From positions 1 through 64,000 of the forward strand of contig ADNK01000314.1 in NCBI GenBank assembly GCA_000320545.1: 64,000 bases of DNA, read 5' to 3'. The position numbers and the translations under genes were made by a program. Shown piece after piece: positions 60,701 to 64,000 of the stretch (positions within the stretch are counted from its first letter, which is position 1; every line of letters begins with the position of its first letter). The notes under the pieces were generated by a model, which made no database searches, was not told where the DNA came from, and worked only from the letters and a program-made list of their open reading frames with translations. Origin of the DNA: Bigelowiella natans CCMP2755. Its lineage: Eukaryota; Protista; Cercozoa.

Positions 60701-61299
60701 AACTGCTAGGACTGAGCGTTATGTTTTAAAGTCGTTATCTTTCACACTGTATGTATTATATATGTACCTTTTTTATCTCTTCTCATCGCTTTTTTACTGT
60801 TTTTACTCCGATATGTGCGCGCAGCCGCACTCACAGAAACACACACACACACACAAACACAAACACAAACACACACACACATTGTCCAAAAGGATCAAGT
60901 TCCAGGCGATACCTGCAGTGTTTAGCAGCTTCTACTCGGTTGAATACGGGTTTAAGTTTTATATTCCTATTGACACTCCGTCAAATCTGCAAGGATGGAT
61001 GCTCCTTCGTTCAAACATATTCGAGAAACAGAAGGAAAAGCTGAATAAAATCATTCGCGTGGAGAGATTCCTCAACCCGCTGCTAATCTTAACTCTCTGG
61101 TTTTCCATAACCATGATCGTCCTCGCCATCCAAGAGGATTCGGACGAGGAGACGAACAAGAGATCGCATATCTTCAATATTAGCGGTGCGTTGTTAATTT
61201 TGAAAATTTTTCGATTTCCTGTCCATCGCTTGATCCAAGAGTCCAGTTTGACCAATGCCTTTCATCGATTTCTTCCTCTTACAATCTTGTTATTGAAAA

Positions 61300-61386
<87 letters not shown>

Positions 61387-61635
61387 GGGAGAGAGAGAGG
61401 GGGCGGGGGGGTCTTCATTAAGTCGTATCACCTAATTTTGCACGTATTTGCAGGTATATACCTTCTGTTTATAATGACGGTATACATTAGCTTGACGCTT
61501 CTTTTCACTGCATTTGCGAACCTGGTAATCGCAAACGACTACCACCATATCTCCGACTTTCTATCTATCTATCTACTTCCGTCTCTCTTTTCCTCCTCCT
61601 CTTTGTACATGTCGAAGCGCACGGGGGCGCGCGCG

Positions 61636-61674
<39 letters not shown>

Positions 61675-62186
61675 GGTAGGTAGGTAGGTAGGTAGAGTGA
61701 TTCAGCGTTTGAGTTGCAATTGTTTGCTTCGGATCAGCTCCTCAACGAAACGGTCCTGAGTGCTTTGAATTCGGAGAAGTTTACGATGTCTTCCAAGGTG
61801 CTAGTAGCTTCATTGCATGTCGTAGCGTAACACATGTGGGTTCTTGCCCCCCCCCCCCCCCCCCTTCCCAAACAAAATCATGATACAGCACAGGAACATC
61901 TAGGGGCATATACTGTCTCGACAACACTCATCCAATGGCCGTCGTAGTGAGTGCAAATATGAGATATCGTGGAAGAGAGCTCGTTAATCGCTCGTTTTGC
62001 ACGTCGCAACAACAACAACAACAATAACGACCTTTTTTTGTTTTTTTAATATATTATTACAGGCGTGGAAGGCCTCCATGAAGAATGAGAGAGCACTGCA
62101 CGATAAGATAATTTCTATGGTGAGAGCTAATTGCAATAGTAGTAGCAACGTAGTAGTAGTAGTAGTAGTAGTAGTGTAAATGTATG

Positions 62187-62229
<43 letters not shown>

Positions 62230-62629
62230 CAACGATTCCTACTTACGCTCTTCTTCTTTTTCTTCTTCTTCTTCTTCAGACCCAGGTGGGGTTGATGGAT
62301 GTTATGATAGACTCAGCCCGGACAAGGATCCAAAACCATTCAGACCAAGGCCTCTACTTTAAGGTCTTGGTGCATGGAGGAGCATGGGCAGTAGTTTTTG
62401 GTTGTTGTTACCATTACTTTCGGAAGCAGCGTGCGGACCTATAGAAAAATCCATTCATATATCAATCCATACACGCAGGTGAGGGAGAGCTTATCGTATT
62501 GCTCTTGTTATACTTTAGGTATTCGGGATCGGCATAACATTTCAGCTCCTAGGTATCGTGGCCTCCTTATTGTCGTCGACCATTGCAGCAGCTATATCTA
62601 CGCAGCAGGATCAGTTCGTCGAAAGTTGA
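48700..62629 (+). CDS. Giant multi-exon protein: very long soluble N-terminal region plus a C-terminal multi-pass PHTF/GRL-like (7TM ion channel superfamily) domain; start approximate and could be two genes
   Basis: Long + strand exons (49565-50386, 52163-52657, 57144-57720, 57990-59175, 59278-60405) and several TM segments from ~59600. FYIPIDTPSNLQGWMLLRSNIF and the terminal spliced ..DSARTRIQNHSDQGLYFK|VFGIGITFQLLGIVASLLSSTIAAAIS..VES* resemble PHTF motifs. Confidence 0.6.
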
Positions 62630-63401
62630 TCTGCATTGAGATATCACAGTCATCTTTGTGTACGTCGCGCTTTAATCGGGTGATGATGGCAGCGTTGGGG
62701 ATGTGGAATCGAGGAATACCGAAGATCGCCGCGACAAATCTGTATGACCGAGTACGAATGCGCCATTTCTTAGATGTGACAGGCGCCACGAATGATTGTG
62801 CGGTCTACGCAAATAGCTGATGTTAGGGCAAAAACAGATTAGAGCTTTAAGTAGGCTAGTAGGCTAGCAGCAAACGCACATGAATGCATAGTAGCTTGTT
62901 GGTTCCTGCACAGTTCAGTTATACTTTAAGAATTACAGCCAAAATATTCCAACAAGATAAGCGCGCCAGTGTGCAGATCCGCCACGACGAGCTAATGCTA
63001 CCATGTAGGCATGGCATGAGCACTTCACTCTGGCTACATGCTAGCATGTACTCAGTTATTTGGAGACTTCAAGATCTGCCTCGACGAGTTGCTTGGTTGC
63101 GCAATCGCTACACAAACATCATCAGCCAGCAGCTAGGCCACGTAGCCGTGCACGTCACGCAAAGCAACGTTTCCACAACTTTCACAGTAAAGCCAAAGCT
63201 TGTTTGTGATGACCTTTTGGTCGCTTGTGTGACATCTGCGCACGAACAAACATCAACTGCAGAATCATACTAGGCAACCTAGTATCTGCTTTCAAAAGCA
63301 ATTGCAAATCGTTGGCACTGCAATACATGTATAGAACTAGCATCCTTGATGAAAACACTAAAAGTGGCCATAGCTCGTTATGTTTATTATCTCTTTGTTT
63401 G

Positions 63402-63452
63402 GCGCATTGATAATCCATAGCAGTATCATTGATAAATCATTACATGCTGAGC
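63402..63452 (-). repeat. Degenerate copy of the dispersed convergent-spacer element
   Basis: Reverse complement reads ctcagcatgtaatgatttatcaatgatactgctatggattatcaatgcgc. Confidence 0.5.
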
Positions 63453-63494
63453 TGCCAATATGAGTTCCATTCATTCGTCTGTAAGATACAGGGA

Positions 63495-63750
63495 TCAAAG
63501 CATTTTCTTAGTGTCAATAGTCATCAACGAACGAGCTACTGCAGCCCCATCTTCCACGCCAGCAGCAGGCCTCGCCATCGCAGACGACTCCTTGCTCCGC
63601 CGCTCTCTTAGCCCCGCCCCCTCCTGCTCCCCAACCGACTGCTGCCTTGTGGTGTGAAACTGTCTCCCAAGCAAAGACTTGTTCTCCGCCAGGCCAAGTT
63701 CTTTGTCTATGCGCTCTAGATCACCTGTACATGACACGTAACGCATATTT

Positions 63751-63787
<37 letters not shown>

Positions 63788-64000
63788 CTTATATGTGCAG
63801 TGCAAGGCGATGCACACCAATAAAGGTACTGGCCGCACACCCTGCCTACGCCCCCCAAACAACACAGCTAAAGAGCGACAACACCGCCAGTCTGCTCAGG
63901 AGCCAACACACCTAATAATCGCTTCCTCCTCCTGTGAAGCTCGCGCTGCCTCCGCTGCTGTCTCCGCTGATTCGTCGCGTGCATCTGCAGAAGAGGCAGA
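63495..64000 (-). CDS. 3' end of an unidentified gene extending beyond the window
   Basis: Terminal exon ag|GDLERIDKELGLAENKSLL..TIDTKKML* preceded by an (AT)n intron and further GC-rich coding-like sequence. Confidence 0.5.

Noticed and set aside
62180-62362. ORF ending ..KPFRPRPLL* as the end of the giant gene
   Set aside because: The phase of the preceding exon selects another frame (TQVGLMDVM..LYFK), which splices to a final TM-encoding exon ending at 62629.

Overview
Gene-dense, intron-rich eukaryotic nuclear DNA from a protist. Gene content and microsatellite-filled introns suggest a chlorarachniophyte/cercozoan (inference, not verified). I reconstruct about 17 spliced genes by eye: a tail-anchored protein (3' part only), a bacterial-type NCS2-like permease, a DD3-3 family protein, a hypothetical protein, a Zn-finger/UBA protein, a C2-C2-lectin-like-TM protein, sideroflexin, an ankyrin+RCC1 protein, a tandem ubiquitin-like/Rpb12-like fusion, a MORC GHKL ATPase, a C2-RhoGEF, a coiled-coil protein, a possible FIRRM/C1orf112 homolog, MED18, a PHF5A-like zinc-cluster protein missed by the ORF track, a giant protein ending in a PHTF/GRL-like membrane domain, and the 3' end of one more gene. 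The strongest signal is architectural. Sixteen consecutive genes alternate strand. The convergent (3'-3') spacers are rich in palindromic purine/pyrimidine-alternating words, and 6 of 8 carry a degenerate ~55-bp element (GAGACGGATGTAATGA..ATTAAATT...CATCCTAATG). Most short ORFs in the supplied track are microsatellite or antisense artefacts. Exon boundaries are manual estimates and family calls are from remembered motifs, not searches.
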